This document shows, one piece after another, positions 34,930 through 47,843 of a stretch of 64,000 nucleotides of DNA; positions within the stretch are counted from its first letter, which is position 1; the number at the start of each line of letters is the position of its first letter. The translations under genes were made by a program, and so were the position numbers. The notes under the pieces were generated by a model, which was not told the DNA's origin, made no database searches, and saw only the letters and a program-made list of their open reading frames with translations. The stretch is taken from NCBI RefSeq assembly GCF_009914755.1, contig NC_060929.1; one strand, written 5' to 3'. The stretch is from the human T2T-CHM13v2.0 reference genome, Homo sapiens.

Positions 34930-35452
34930 CCATCCATGCATGGCCATTGAATTGATTGGTTTTCAGTCAAATTCTTAGAGTTAGTTATATTAGATATGCT
35001 TGGGGAACATGCTCAATCCCTGGCGTTTTTTTGGAAGTCAGCCTTACTCATGGCTTCTGCTCATGGCTTCTGCTGAAGTGGAGGGTTTGAGCAGCCATGT
35101 TTTACCACAGAGATCTCTCTTTGGCCATCCATCTCTTGTTGGATCAGGAGTGGACAATCCCTCCAGTGGGAAACAAACAACAGGCCACTCTATGATAGAC
35201 TAAAGTTATGACAGGAAACACAGACTTATAAAAAAGCTAGTGTGAAAAAAAATGCTGAAGGCATGCAGAGAGAAGTAGAAATGATAGACCATAGAGCCAC
35301 AATAAAAGACAGATAGTACCTCTCACTTTCTTGGTTCCATGAGGCTTGGTTCTACTTCTGGTAGATGGATACTTTGTGAGTTTCCTCTGTACTTTCTATC
35401 ACCTCCCCACTTAATGTACAGATAAGCAGAGTAACTAACTGTCATCTGTAAC
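34930..35452 (+). mobile_element. Old MaLR MLT1 (K/L-like) LTR remnant
   Basis: tggccattgaattgattgg; gcagccatgtttt; degenerate MLT1-like 3' end. Confidence 0.4.
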
Positions 35453-36614
35453 TGGGATATAGTATAATAGCAGGGCTAAGTAACAAGGATGGAACCAAAG
35501 TGGTTTTAAGAATCTGGATGTGGCCACAGCCAGGAGATCAATCACTATAAGGAGAAAACTGTGTTACATTTAAGAATAAAAAGTGAAGCAGAGCCTACAG
35601 TTCAAGGAATCAGCATGAATATAAAGGAACAAGTGTATAAAGGAGGTACAAACATGTAAGCCGTGCCAAGAAATATTAGTTATTAAAGGCCAGTCTCCAA
35701 ATGAGAAACTCAAGAAACACAAAAATACTTGGAAATTTAACTATACAGCAGGTAGAGAACACAGCATGGAAGGGCTGGCTACCAAAATAGTAAAATATAA
35801 TGGAAGCCAATGGTCCAGGAAGCAAAAATATCATTATCTTAAAATTAAGGCAGTATCTACCATGGCCTAGAGGGTGCACAACTAGAATTAGAAGTTTAGG
35901 AGAGTGGTCACAGGTAGAGATGAGTGGTCACAGGTGGAGATTAGTAGCTACATTCGAGATTGGATGGGACTAGATGGGGGAGTCAGACGGATCCAAAAAA
36001 ATGAGGAAATGGTATGGTTTATCTCTAAATGTCATGCCTTGAAAGGCTCAAGTTCCAGACATAAGACATCACTTGGTCGCTGACATATGCTTCAAAGCAA
36101 CTATCTCCCTACCTCTGTCTCCTAGTCTTCCTTCAGACTGGATAAACTTGGTTCTCGTGTCAGCTCTGAGATCCACCATCCCTTGTCTTCTTCCCACTTC
36201 ATTTGTATAGTTCATATTCATTACGCTGGCTGAGTTTTCCCCTCAACATGAATTCTGATAGATTATCCTTCTTCTAATTCCTAGGATGGAGCTCCACTCT
36301 GTCCAGAAATATTTTCAACAGACAGAAGAAAAGATGGCACAGGCAATTAGGATACATCCTCCTTCTGCCAGCTTTGACCCAAGGACTAGGACTGTCATGA
36401 ACCAGCAAGTTAGAGCCATCAGAGGGTTCAACCTCAAGGAGGTGGAGAAGACAGAGACAGAGGAATGCAGGCAGAAGATAAGAGCAAGTTATTGACTCCA
36501 TCAGCTCCCATGACACACCAGACTACAAGGTGAGAGGTTGGGGTTGACATTCAGGAAGAAATGGTAAAAGCTGGTGACTTCTGGTGTATATAAATACACA
36601 CACACACACACGAA

Positions 36615-37515
36615 TATCAAGCAAAAATAAAACCCAAAGCCCCCCCAACCAACTGAAGAGACCTTTTCTGGGCCAAGGGAAACCTGAGAAACTGATTTTC
36701 CAACCATGACAGAAAGAGAGGTCAGAGGCACCTCATTATACCCCCTCCCTTTTGGAGTTTAGGCAAAACTGACGAGCATTAACATTGAAATAGAGATTAT
36801 AAGACTGACAAAACAGACTTTTTGTGTCAATAAGGTACCAAATTCCAACCTGACTCTGGTATAACATCATATGACAGGTAGCAGGCCCTTAAGGAAAGTA
36901 TTTTACCCCAAAATATGTGTCTTTGGCATTTTTTGAAATGACCCTGCAAAAACCATCTCTTGTGGGGGAAATTTGTATCTGTAGATCTGTAGAGAATCTC
37001 CTTCCCTTTCTAGGTCTTTTCCAGATCCAGGAGAAATTTAACTAAGAGTCTGACACCTTTTAAGGTCAGGTAAGATACATTTACCAAGTATTCCCTCGGA
37101 AGCCTGCTATTTAGAGGCTTCAACTACATAACAAGAACCTTGGCTTCTACAACTCCCCTTATTTTAACTCAAGCATTTCTTTCTATTGATTTTAACTTTA
37201 GGCAAAGCTTAACTCTTTCAACCAACTGACCATCAGAAAATCTTTAAACTTTACATCTACCAATCCACCTGTGACATCCCCCTGACTGTAGCCCCTCCAT
37301 CCTGCCCCCAAGATATCCAGCCTTTATGGCCAAACCAATGTATACCTACATGTATTGATATATGTCTTTGCCTGTAACCTCTGTCTCCATAAAATGTATA
37401 AAACCAAGTTGTAACCCAACCACATGTTCTCAGGATTTCTTGAGACTATACCCCAGTGATGATCACTCATAATTTGCTCAGAATAAACCTCTTTAAACAT
37501 TTTACAGAGTTTGGC
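36615..37515 (+). mobile_element. MER4 (D/E-like) ERV1 solo LTR
   Basis: caaaaataaaa...cctcattatacccc...aaagtattttaccccaaaatat...aaaatgtataaaaccaag...gctcagaataaacctctttaaacattttacagagtttggc. Confidence 0.88.
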
Positions 37516-37675
37516 CTCTCTTCTCTCTTTCTCTACGTATATACTTTCTCTGTCTCTCTCTCTCTCTCTCTCCATACACACTCTCTCTCTCTTCATATAT
37601 TCTCTCTCTCCATATATACTCTCTCTCTGTCCATATATACTCTCTCTCTCCATATGTATTCTCTTTCTCTCTCTT

Positions 37676-37718
<43 letters not shown>

Positions 37719-37770
37719 CCTCTCTCTTTCTCTCTCTCTCTCTACACACACACACACACACACACGTATA
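37516..37770. repeat. Compound microsatellite (CT)n/(AT)n/(CA)n with a ~20-bp higher-order unit
   Basis: A ctctctctctccatatata-like unit occurs about five times, then CT, AT, CT and CA runs. Confidence 0.95.
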
Positions 37771-38331
37771 CACTCATAAAGCCAAACTCTGTAAAATGTA
37801 TCTTTTCTGTTAATAAGCAAAAAGAACCACAAGTCCATTGCACTGGCCCTCTCTCTGAAGTAAACAATGACTGGCCCTGTTTTCTTCAATAATCTTCATG
37901 CTCAAGGATATCCTACTTTCCAAAATACAGAACACACTACAAGTTTTAATACTGCTATTCTGTTTTCCCAGAGGCAGTTTTGACCACCTCTCAGATTTTT
38001 AAATGTAAATTAATTCAGCTGGATTGCAGCTATGCAGTTATTTATGGTGCATTTGCACCTAGGTAAATTGCCCTACTCCTCTCCTAGACAGTGAGGGGAT
38101 CAGTCCCTCAGGCTTTTTATAATTTGTCATTTTCAGTTAATATTAAAATCCTCCAGGAAATGTTGCTTATGGTCAGTATGGCTCAGACGCCTCAGCAATG
38201 TCTCTGACTACATTGAATTCAGTCTTTCAGACTATGGTTGGATAAATCCACAAAGGGTAGTCCTCCTAGGGTTTTTGACAAACCATAAGAATGTATCTTC
38301 CTGACCTTCTTCTTTCTCCTGCCTCCCAATA

Positions 38332-38376
38332 ACACACACACACACACACACACTCACACACACACACAAACACACA
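38332..38376. repeat. (CA)n microsatellite, interrupted
   Basis: Read directly from the sequence. Confidence 0.95.
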
Positions 38377-38558
38377 TGAGACATTTATAACACTCCCACT
38401 TAAGAAACATCTACTGGGGAATTATCTCTCCCATGCTTCCTCAGTGTTTACAGGTATTCTAAATATCACTGAATAAGGTGGGGTATTTTCTCAGTAGTGC
38501 CCTGAAAGGGGTTATTTTCTGAGTAATGACTTAGTAGTGACAATGTTGTCTATCTCTT

Positions 38559-38854
38559 TGATGGATGCAGCAGGAAGATTAGAGGGAGGGTCCCCAGAGA
38601 ATCTTGGACCAGTTTGTGCACTGGGAGGATGGGGTGGAGCCATGGGAAGTTCCCACCATTTGCAGAAGGGAGGAGTCTGGCCTCTCCTGTTCCTGTGTGG
38701 GAAACCTGCTAGCAGGATGCCCTCTTGCTTTGCTAAGAGTTATTTTTCCTTTGTCCTTTTCACCCAATACATTCCGTTCCCCTTCATCCTTCAAAGTGTC
38801 TGGGCGCCTAACTATTCTTTTTCGTGTGACAAGAACCTGTTTTTTTCTACAACA
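38559..38854 (+). mobile_element. MER61-like ERV1 solo LTR (short)
   Basis: TG...CA ends with 4-bp TSD tctt (38555-38558, 38855-38858); agggtccccagagaatct, ggggtggagcca, gtgacaagaacc. Confidence 0.8.
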
Positions 38855-39859
38855 TCTTTACAGAAATGAAACAACTTAACATGCCCGTAATGAAATTCAC
38901 TATTGGTAAAAATTGACAACTGTTTGCATCCATAATTTCTGAAGTGTCCACTATGAATGACTCTTCCCTCAACCACTGAGCTGCAACTTTTCTATTCTGC
39001 AGCCACCACGGAAGCTGGGACCAGTAACCTCTCCCCTCTCAGCCCACAGGTTTTTAAGTGTATACACAGTGTATGTGATAGCCCTGGTTCCATCAGGAAA
39101 ATGTAATGAATGAGCAGGAAAATTAGTCAATAATCTAAAACAGTAACAGCTAAAGGCTAAGAGGATTGTCCTGTTAATTCATGTTCTAAGGGATCACAAG
39201 TTTAGTTTACCCGAGAAAGATTTTTAAAAAATCAGTGGTCTTGAATGTTACCCCTTATTCATGATTCAAAGCCCTCCCAAACTACTCCCCATGTCTTTCC
39301 CCCAGATGACATTGGTTGATCATAAATCCCTCTGCTCCTGATTACTAATTAGCCTTATTTGCATGTGATTGTGTTTATTTGAATATTACTTTATATGACA
39401 TCTGGCCTCATAACCAAAGCAACCAGAAATGGTACAAGCACTATTGAAGGAGGATACCTTGTCCTCTGACCTTTTTCCCTAGAGTCTCACAAACTGAACA
39501 ATACCTCCCATAAACCCATATACTTTAGAGCGTTCCCATTACGACCCTCCTCTGGTCATGGTCCTCTCCACCAGTCAAGGAGTCTGTGAAGCTAAATGTG
39601 TGAGCCCTCTAGATAATTCTCCAGATACCAAGGATGCCAGAATTACTGGCCAAGATGCCTCAGCTCATTTCCAGGACCTATGAATCCACAGACTGACCAT
39701 GCTGCTGATACATACATCTCTAAATCATATGATTCACTTTTGGCGAGGCAGTGTGCCCAGAGCTTAAATGAGAGCTGGAATGTCCACCCACATGCATTTG
39801 AGGTACCACTAGATGTGGGACAAAGTATCAATAAGAAGAGGAGAGTGGCAAATAGCCTC

Positions 39860-40325
39860 TGTTAAAAGCTTATGAGGGGCCATTGTTTTGGACTAACCTC
39901 CTATACTAGGCCCCAGCAAACCAGACCAAACCAAAAATGGAGTCACTCTATGCTAAGTGACATATAATCAAACTGAAACTTTAAGGAAGCAAGTAGACCC
40001 CCAAGCAGTCCAGTTTATCCTGAAAACAGGAGATTCACAGCAACCAATCAGAAAGAGCCAGTCTATCTGAGTCAGTGCAATAAGGAAATCTCCTCTGCTT
40101 TAACTGTTACAAAAAAAGTGACCTGTAGTAGCCTGACGTTAACCAATCTGCATTTTAAAAAGTATTCTGTTTCCTTGTTCCCACCTTACAAAAACCAACC
40201 ATTCTGTCATGCCCACCAGAACATGCATTCTATTTTATAGAATGTGATATCATCTAATTCTAGAATCACAAATAAAAGCCAATAATATCTTGAAACTAAA
40301 TTTATTGTAATTTCACCTTTTGACA
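39860..40325 (+). mobile_element. MER65-like ERV1 solo LTR
   Basis: TG...CA ends; aaatggagtcactc, two CCAAT boxes, aataaaagccaat...aaactaaattt...cttttgaca; TSD cctc/tctc. Confidence 0.75.
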
Positions 40326-40692
40326 TCTCCATTTCAGCTCTTGCCACTACCCTTCAAATGCTAACAATGTACTTTCCTCAGTATCTTACTAAAATGTACA
40401 CATTCCCCTGAATTCACTGACATTCAGAATTCACATCCTGAATTCACATTCTGTTTCCACTGACAAAATCTAATAATTTTCCTCCCTACAGTAAAAGAGT
40501 TTTCTTTTTCCTAGTCAACACTACTCAATGATTTAGGGAGAAAAAAGAAAGCATAAAGGTGATCTAGAGGCACACAGCTCTTAAGAAATGCATACCCTTG
40601 CAATTACTATATATCATAATCATATTTTATTAAGAAGAAATCAGCTTGAGCCATTTTATTTTTCCTCTCATCACTCATTTAGGTATGGTCAG

Positions 40693-41055
40693 TGATATGG
40701 CTTGGCTGTGTCCCCACGCAAATCTCAAATTGTAGCTCCCATAATTCCCATGTGTCATGGGAGGGACCCAGTGGGAGGTAATTGAATCATGAGGGTGGGT
40801 TTTTCCCATGCTATTCTCATGAGAGTGAATAAGTCTCACAAGATCTGATGGTTTTGTGAAGGGGAGTTTCCCTGTACATGCTCCCTCTCTTGCCTGCCAC
40901 CATGTAAGACATGACTTTGCTCCTCCTTTGCCTTCAGCCATGATTGTGAGGCCTCCCCAGCCACATGGAACTGTGAGTCCATTAAACCTCTTTTTCTTTA
41001 TAAACTACCCAGTCTCGAGTATATCTTTATTGGCAGCATGAGAACAGACAATACA
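40693..41055 (+). mobile_element. THE1B-like MaLR solo LTR
   Basis: tgatatggcttggctgtgtcccca...gggaggtaattgaatcatg...gcctccccagccac...cagcatgagaacagacaataca. Confidence 0.92.
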
Positions 41056-44000
41056 GGCTGCTAACTTAGGTTTGGCATAGTTTACCGAGATTTGTTGTAT
41101 TTTTCCTTCTGCCTTCTTCTCTCAGTTCATGGAAGTGAGCTCTCCATTGTGCCAGGCAGAGAAGGCCTAGAGAAGTTGGAATAGTGATGGATAGAGTCCT
41201 TTTCTTTAAATTCATTTTTGTTTTCTACACTTTAGCTCTTACCCACAGACAGACCTAATGAATAAACCCATACGTAAAAAGGCATCAAATGGCTGCAATG
41301 AATTAACATTCTGCATACTATCAAAATTGCCTATGGTATGAAGCTGTCACGTTCACATAATGAAGAAGCAGAAAGGTCAAATGTATAGAGTGTGGGGACC
41401 TGTGCATGTCGCCCAAGAAAACAGAGCCAAAATACCAGTCCAGTTATTTCATTAATACTAGTAGTCAATCTTTCTTGATCAACAGGAAAGAAGTGAGGAA
41501 AATAAAAGGTAATCTGTGCTTCTTATTGCTTCTAGTAAAAAGAAAAGTAAATTTTGAAAAAGTTCTATAGTAATATAGACTATATGGTAGAATGTAGCAT
41601 AAAAATAAAATTATGAAGGAGGATGGAAAAGTGTACAAGGACAAGTTGGGGGAAAAAAACTATGTCACATGATTTTTCCCTGACTATAAAATTATTTTCC
41701 AAGGCAGTCATATCATATATAGTGATAAGAAAAGCAAAATGATTATAGAGAAAAAGAATTGTAAGCAACTCATTAAACTTAGAGCAGCACTGTTTATTGC
41801 ACAGCTGCAGGGGCATTATTACCATCTATAGGATGGTGCCCTTTGGTTATGCAACAAGGTTGGCTGCCAAGAGAACAAGTAGAAGAATTAGAGTAGATGT
41901 CTGTCAACCAGCTTCCCAAATTAGGGAGTTAATGAAAGACAATATTAAGAATTGTTTATCAGTAACAGATACTATACAATTTGACAGATAATATATACCA
42001 TGAATCTATAATCACATGACTCCTCAAAAGTTTATATACAATAAATGGAAAATGTTACTCATATTATGACAGAAGGCACAAGTAGGGAGAGTTTAAATGA
42101 ATTCCACCAAGTCATAGGCTGGGATAATGTTACTAAGTCTTAGGCCAGACCCACAATTTCTCCCAAGCAATTAGTCAACTTAACAGAGCAATCTGACTTT
42201 AGGTGAACATTTTGTGGCACCTTGATTCTGTAGGCAATTTCAACTGCTTTTAAATAACACTTCCTCCAGGCTTCAGAGGCATTGTCACTTTATGGGATGG
42301 AGGAATTAGGCTATTACATATCACAAAGCTCATGGTAACTGAATGATCACATTAATTCCAATTAGTTCAGATGTGAGCAAGATCCTGAATAAAAAAGACA
42401 GCCTGAAGCACTGAGGAAAAAAATCTAAAATGGAAATACATTGAGTTACCAAGAGGATTCTAATGTGCTACCACTGCAATCTTATTTAATAACCTCATTA
42501 TAGAATAATAAGCAAGAATAGAATTTGGGTTTCCAAAATTTGTAGAAGATAAGGTAAATTTGAAGTCACTAAATTAAAAAAAAAAGAAGCATGGAGAGAG
42601 AAATTTCAGGAAGGAAAGATCCATTAGCAAGAAATAAAATTAGATTCAACAGGGTATGAGCTAAACATCTGAATCTAAGGGGAACCAAACTTTCAATACA
42701 GGCCAGAAATCTTGAAATAGAAGTCTGAATGGTCATAGCAAGAGATAAATCTGCAGCCTGATACAGCACTAACCTCATCCATTGTTGCCTCGAGTTCCCA
42801 AAGGGAAGGTGGCCCACTCTGTTCAGTTTTAGTAAAATAGCTACTTCTTTCATAAGAATGTGACACCTCCATCCTATCTGCCTGCACCTGTACCTCTCAC
42901 TCTCTCTTTCTGTTTGCTGTTAGCCAGTTGGTTCCAGCCGCCATTGTCCATGGCCTAGATGCAGTGTCCTTTAAGACTGGCTCTCCCAACCGTGAGAGGA
43001 TGTGAATGGCAGCTGTGACTGTGAGTTTTGGATGTATTCAAACACAAGAAATGCATTCATACTCTTGTGCTTTTCTTGAAGCTGGTCTTATGAAAATGTT
43101 TGTTTTGTTTGCATGGCTTACCCTGTTTAATCAAGACTGAAACTATTTTAAAAATGGAAAACAATACTTGAGGCTATAGGGCTTTAATTCAAAGGAAGAC
43201 AGTTTAATGGTGGAATTTCAAATGCTGTGACAGATTCATGGGATTAATACACTTGGGCAAAAAGTTCAGCTGGCTCTCCTAGAAACTTCCCCACAGATAC
43301 TTGTCTTCCTTGCTTATGCAGAAGCCTGTTGACATTTGCTTACACAGAATGGTGAGCTATCATCAAGATGGAAAGGTGAAGCTTTGCTCCATTCATCTTT
43401 CTATGATAGCCTGTTAGAACTGGTACAGCAGTAGTCATGACTGTCTATATTCTATGCAAAAATTAGTCCCTAAAATAATCCGCCATCCCTGTCTCCAACC
43501 AAATTGTCATTTGTATTTCATCAAGATTAGGAGAAGAAACTGAGGGACACAAGGATGAGAGATGAAAAATTTTAGAGGCTGCAACCATACCCTCCAGAGA
43601 AACCTCACTGGGAGTCTCTGTATCCTGAGGAAGTATCACAAAGGCACAAGTCTCCAGAGGAGACCCCTGGAGGAGAAGAGGGCTACAGTAAAAGGAGGTG
43701 AAAAGGCACTGTTGGCAAGTGTGACTTCCCCTATAGCTCTGTGTTTGGAGGAGTCAACCCCCTTGAGCACTCTGTTCCCCTGGCTTCCGAAAAGCCAACC
43801 TTGCCCTCTAATTTTCTCAATCATAGAAGACACATAGCTCAAGAACTAAAGAAGAATTTATTCACTGTTATGTTCCATGTGCCTAGGCTACCTACCTGAG
43901 TTAATCCCCTTAGCTCAAAAATGTTTTCATTAACCACTAACTCCATTCTTTAATTCCAAACAGTATAATTATCATTTCTAAGACAATTTCCTCCCAAAGT

Positions 44001-44514
44001 ACACATACCCCCTAAAGCCATGTAGTTTCTTACTTGTGTTTTATTCATTTCCATTTTCAGTCTCCTTCCTCTTCCCCTCAATAGTCTATTAATTCCAAGA
44101 CTATTCAAATGAAGTGAAGGCAACCCTCTATTTCACTTTTGCCTTTTTTGGATAGGGACCAGATCCAGCATTCCATTTTATCCTCTTGTTACTTGTTCTA
44201 TTTTCCTAATCATCTGACCCTTTCCCTTATCTGGGCCTGCAGTACCAATTGGTGATTTTTTCATCTTCAAGCATACCAGCATTCCTATGACTGCCTGCAT
44301 CTCTCTCTGTTTTCTCATTATGTCCTTGGACAGTCCTGCCAATGACTTAACAATAGTTTGATTTAGCATGACCTCCCCAACTCCCCAAATTGCAGTGACA
44401 TAAAGTCCTCCAAAAAAAAAGCCAGATGCTCTCCCTGGCAGTAAGAAATTTATGCCATCCATGTGGATGGTAAGAATAGTCTCTGCTGGCAGAACAGAGT
44501 CGGCACACGCACAA

Positions 44515-44515
<1 letters not shown>

Positions 44516-44551
<36 letters not shown>

Positions 44552-44556
44552 ACACA
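44516..44556. repeat. (CA)n microsatellite
   Basis: Read directly from the sequence. Confidence 0.95.
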
Positions 44557-44769
44557 TAGGAGAATCTAAATGCAGTATGGGCTCTATACTGAATGTGTAT
44601 CATATCCTGGTCTTATAGATGTTTAGTGTTATGTGTAGCGGGTATGTTCGTGTATGTATGCGTATGTGCAAGTAGAAGAAACTGACTTTACCCTGAATTT
44701 TGTTCTATCTACTTTGATTTTTCTTTCTGAATGACTACTGTAATAAGGAACTTAATTCAACAAATATGT

Positions 44770-45114
44770 TGTGTTAGTCCATTTGGGCTGATAAAACTAA
44801 CCTAGGCTGAGTGACTTATAAACCATAGAAATGTATCCATCACAGTACTGGAGGCTAGGAAGTCCAAGATCAAAGTGCTGGCAGATTTGGTGTCTGGTGA
44901 GGGCCCTCTTCCTTCTTCATAGACACCCATCTTTTTATTGAAACCTCACGTGGTGGAAAGACAAGAGAGCTCTCTAGGGTCTTTTTTATAAGATCACTAA
45001 TCTCCATCCTCATAACCTCATCACCTCCTGAAGGCTGCACTTGCAAATACCATAATCCTGGGGGTTAGGATTTCAACATAAGTTAGAGAAGACACAAATA
45101 TTCAGACCACAGTG
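44770..45114 (-). mobile_element. MLT1A0-like solo LTR inserted in an L2 3' fragment
   Basis: ggaggctaggaagtccaagatcaa, ggtgtctggtgagggcc and gggggttaggatttcaacata; perfect 5-bp TSD tatgt (44765-44769, 45115-45119). Confidence 0.9.
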
Positions 45115-47843
45115 TATGTCTAGCTCTTACTAAATGTCTGACATTGTAGGTATGATAGGACACCCAGAAATGTATAAAACATGACATCTAACTTTAAGAA
45201 GGTTATTTTCTATAAGGAAAATAATAGAAAACAAAAACTTCCTCAGTCTTCTAGGTTAGAGAAAGAAGGCTTTTGTGACAAGCAAATCTTAGGTTCTCAT
45301 TTCAACAAGAGGGTAGAAGTATAAAGACAAATATAAAAAGATTGGTAACTTGCAAGCTGTTGGAGGAAAGTCAATAGGAGGTAGGAAAAGGACCAAAATT
45401 CTGGCTTTAATGTGCTATGTGAAATAATGCAGTTGGATTTCAGGTGGAACTGGCTCATTAGTATTGTCAGTTTCCACAGAAAAATCAAATATATTACTTT
45501 AGGGTTTAGGGCTTAACTTCCTTGCAAAGCACGAACAATATCATATTTCCTACTAGTAACGAAAAGGAAAAGCAGGCAATAAAACAATTCCAGTGAAAAC
45601 AGACTAGAGCAATCATGATTTGCCAAATAGCATTGCAAAAATTGTTGTTTTTGAGGGGGCATTATGAACTCAAGCATGAAAAAACAAATCAAATACTCTT
45701 GTTTTTCAATGATTGTATGATACTTTATTTGACATTGGTGCAAACAATTTCTTATCAAATTATAGTCCTATTAGAGATATTTTGTAGAAAAGATGGCCAT
45801 GAATTCCCTCATTTCTATCATTTCTGACTTTGATCTTCTTTATGGCCTAGATGTGAACAAAGGGTGTACTCACCACAGCTTTCTGCTGTTTGTAAAATGG
45901 GCCAATAGTGCTAATCGCAAGTTTCTGATAGAGTGTGGCTGTCTTGTGATCCTGGGTTCAGCTCAATTCCCATTGCCAGGGACACAACAGAGATCTTATA
46001 ACTGGTTTAAATGGATAACCTCACTGAGGACAGGGTTAAGTCACCCTTATGTATACAAGAAGTAGATGACACTGTCCTCACAGCCCTAAGAAACCAAATC
46101 TGCCTCCCCACAAGCCATCCACAGTACTTCAAATTCCTGTCACTAGAGTGACCCATTTCAGTTAGTTACACTGCACCTCCAGCAGACTGCCTAAGAGAGG
46201 TGACACATTTCATTGTTGTGATTAGCTTAGTGAGTTTACCAAATGGGAGAGAAAGTCACTCAAAAGAACTCTGAAGAAATGGGACGCAGCTCTCTTGGGC
46301 TGACCTAGTCCTAGTGCACATTACTTAACATATCTGTAACTCAGTTTCCTTATCTGGAAAGAAGGGCTTTCATTAGAATAATAGATTTGGAAGCATTTCA
46401 AAACACTTTAAAATCTAATGCTATAAAAAAAAGACTATTAAATTCACTGTCATAGGGGGATTCTGTAAATAAGCTGTGCTTCCCCGAACAATGTAAAGTG
46501 TATTTAATAGTGCATGCCTCCTCCTTCTCTGGCCTTCCAGTTATTTTCCTATAAAAAAACTTATTCCATCTTGTTTTCCCCTAGGGCTGCACTATCTAAT
46601 TCCTTCAAAAAAAGAAAACAAATATTGGCTTTAAATGACTCCAAACCACTCTGTGTTTCATTGAAAGGCAAGGCCTCCCTGGAATTCTTGAAAATAATGA
46701 GCCTAATTCTCTCTTATGCACCAAGCAGAACAAAAATGAGTGTCCTTCCAAATGCTGAGGACTCTGTAAAGTTAGGAAGAAACCTGAAGAAAAAGGCCAG
46801 TCAGCTGTTCCATGCGGCTTAAGTAACTTTCTGTAACCCCTACTTGGGAGACTAGGAGTTCTGCTCAAAGGATCACAACCTTGGAGCCCAGGTCATTCCA
46901 AAGCTGTCTAGTAGAGTAGCCATCCCCCATCAACTCGCAGTTCCCTATTTAAATCCAAAAGCTATAGGTTGTTGCAATAGCAGAAATAAATGTTACCGAG
47001 GTAGGACATTATATATTGATCCAATGATAGACTAATCAGACAAATAAAACTGATTACTGTTATGAACCCCATTTTACAGCTGAATAGAAAGATTTAGAAA
47101 GTTTAAGTTATATGTCCAAGTAATTGATTTAAAAGATAAATATAGATTAGAGAGGCTTTATTTAAGGGACGAGAGAAAGCAGAAGACGGGGAGGTTGAGA
47201 GATAAGAAAGCAGAGCAAGGGCTCTTTTGGTGAACTTATTGATGTCATATAATACTTCCTAAAATCTCTCAACATATTACCATGCCAAAGTGTGAGAAAG
47301 AATTTGAATCATCTGAAATTGTTTTCCTTATGAAAACTTTTAGTAAATTCATTTAAATTAACTTAGTGTTATTTAGGCCTTAAAAGAGGTAAGCCTTGTC
47401 AGATTCTATTTTCGTTGTTTGTCTTATACCCTCAGTCAGCTCACCCCAGGATGGAACCAGTGCTGCTTAGAAGGTGAAAGCTCCAGGATATCAGAAACTG
47501 GAGTAAGTAAAGAGCAAATGTCAATTGACTTGACCTCCCTCTCCATTTTCATGTGATCCTAAAGAATGAATCGAGGAATGTCATCATTCTATAAATTGAG
47601 ATTTTTACAGCAGCCTTTATAGAACTATAAAAGATGGGTTCTCATTAAAAAAAAAAACCTGTGGTTAAAAGCATGTCAGAAGTAATAATGGCCCTCAAAG
47701 ATAAATGCTTGTGCAATAAAGGAGAAATGGCTGGATTCATCCGTTTTATTTTTCTAAAGAACTATCTTGTATTAAACATTGTCGGTTTCTCAGCTCAGTA
47801 AAGCAGGAATTGCAGCTAAGACTTTTCAATATGTTTGTCCTGT

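Noticed and set aside
37324-37889. Long ER/LS-rich ORFs
   Set aside because: Translations of the compound microsatellite.
39803-39820. CTCF-like ccactagatgtggga
   Set aside because: Partial match only; it lacks the GGC core end.
40401-40452. gaattcac repeated three times
   Set aside because: Short degenerate slippage repeat with no further structure.
44178-44603. 141-aa ORF with a CV repeat
   Set aside because: Kept open by the (TG)n run; no domain recognised.
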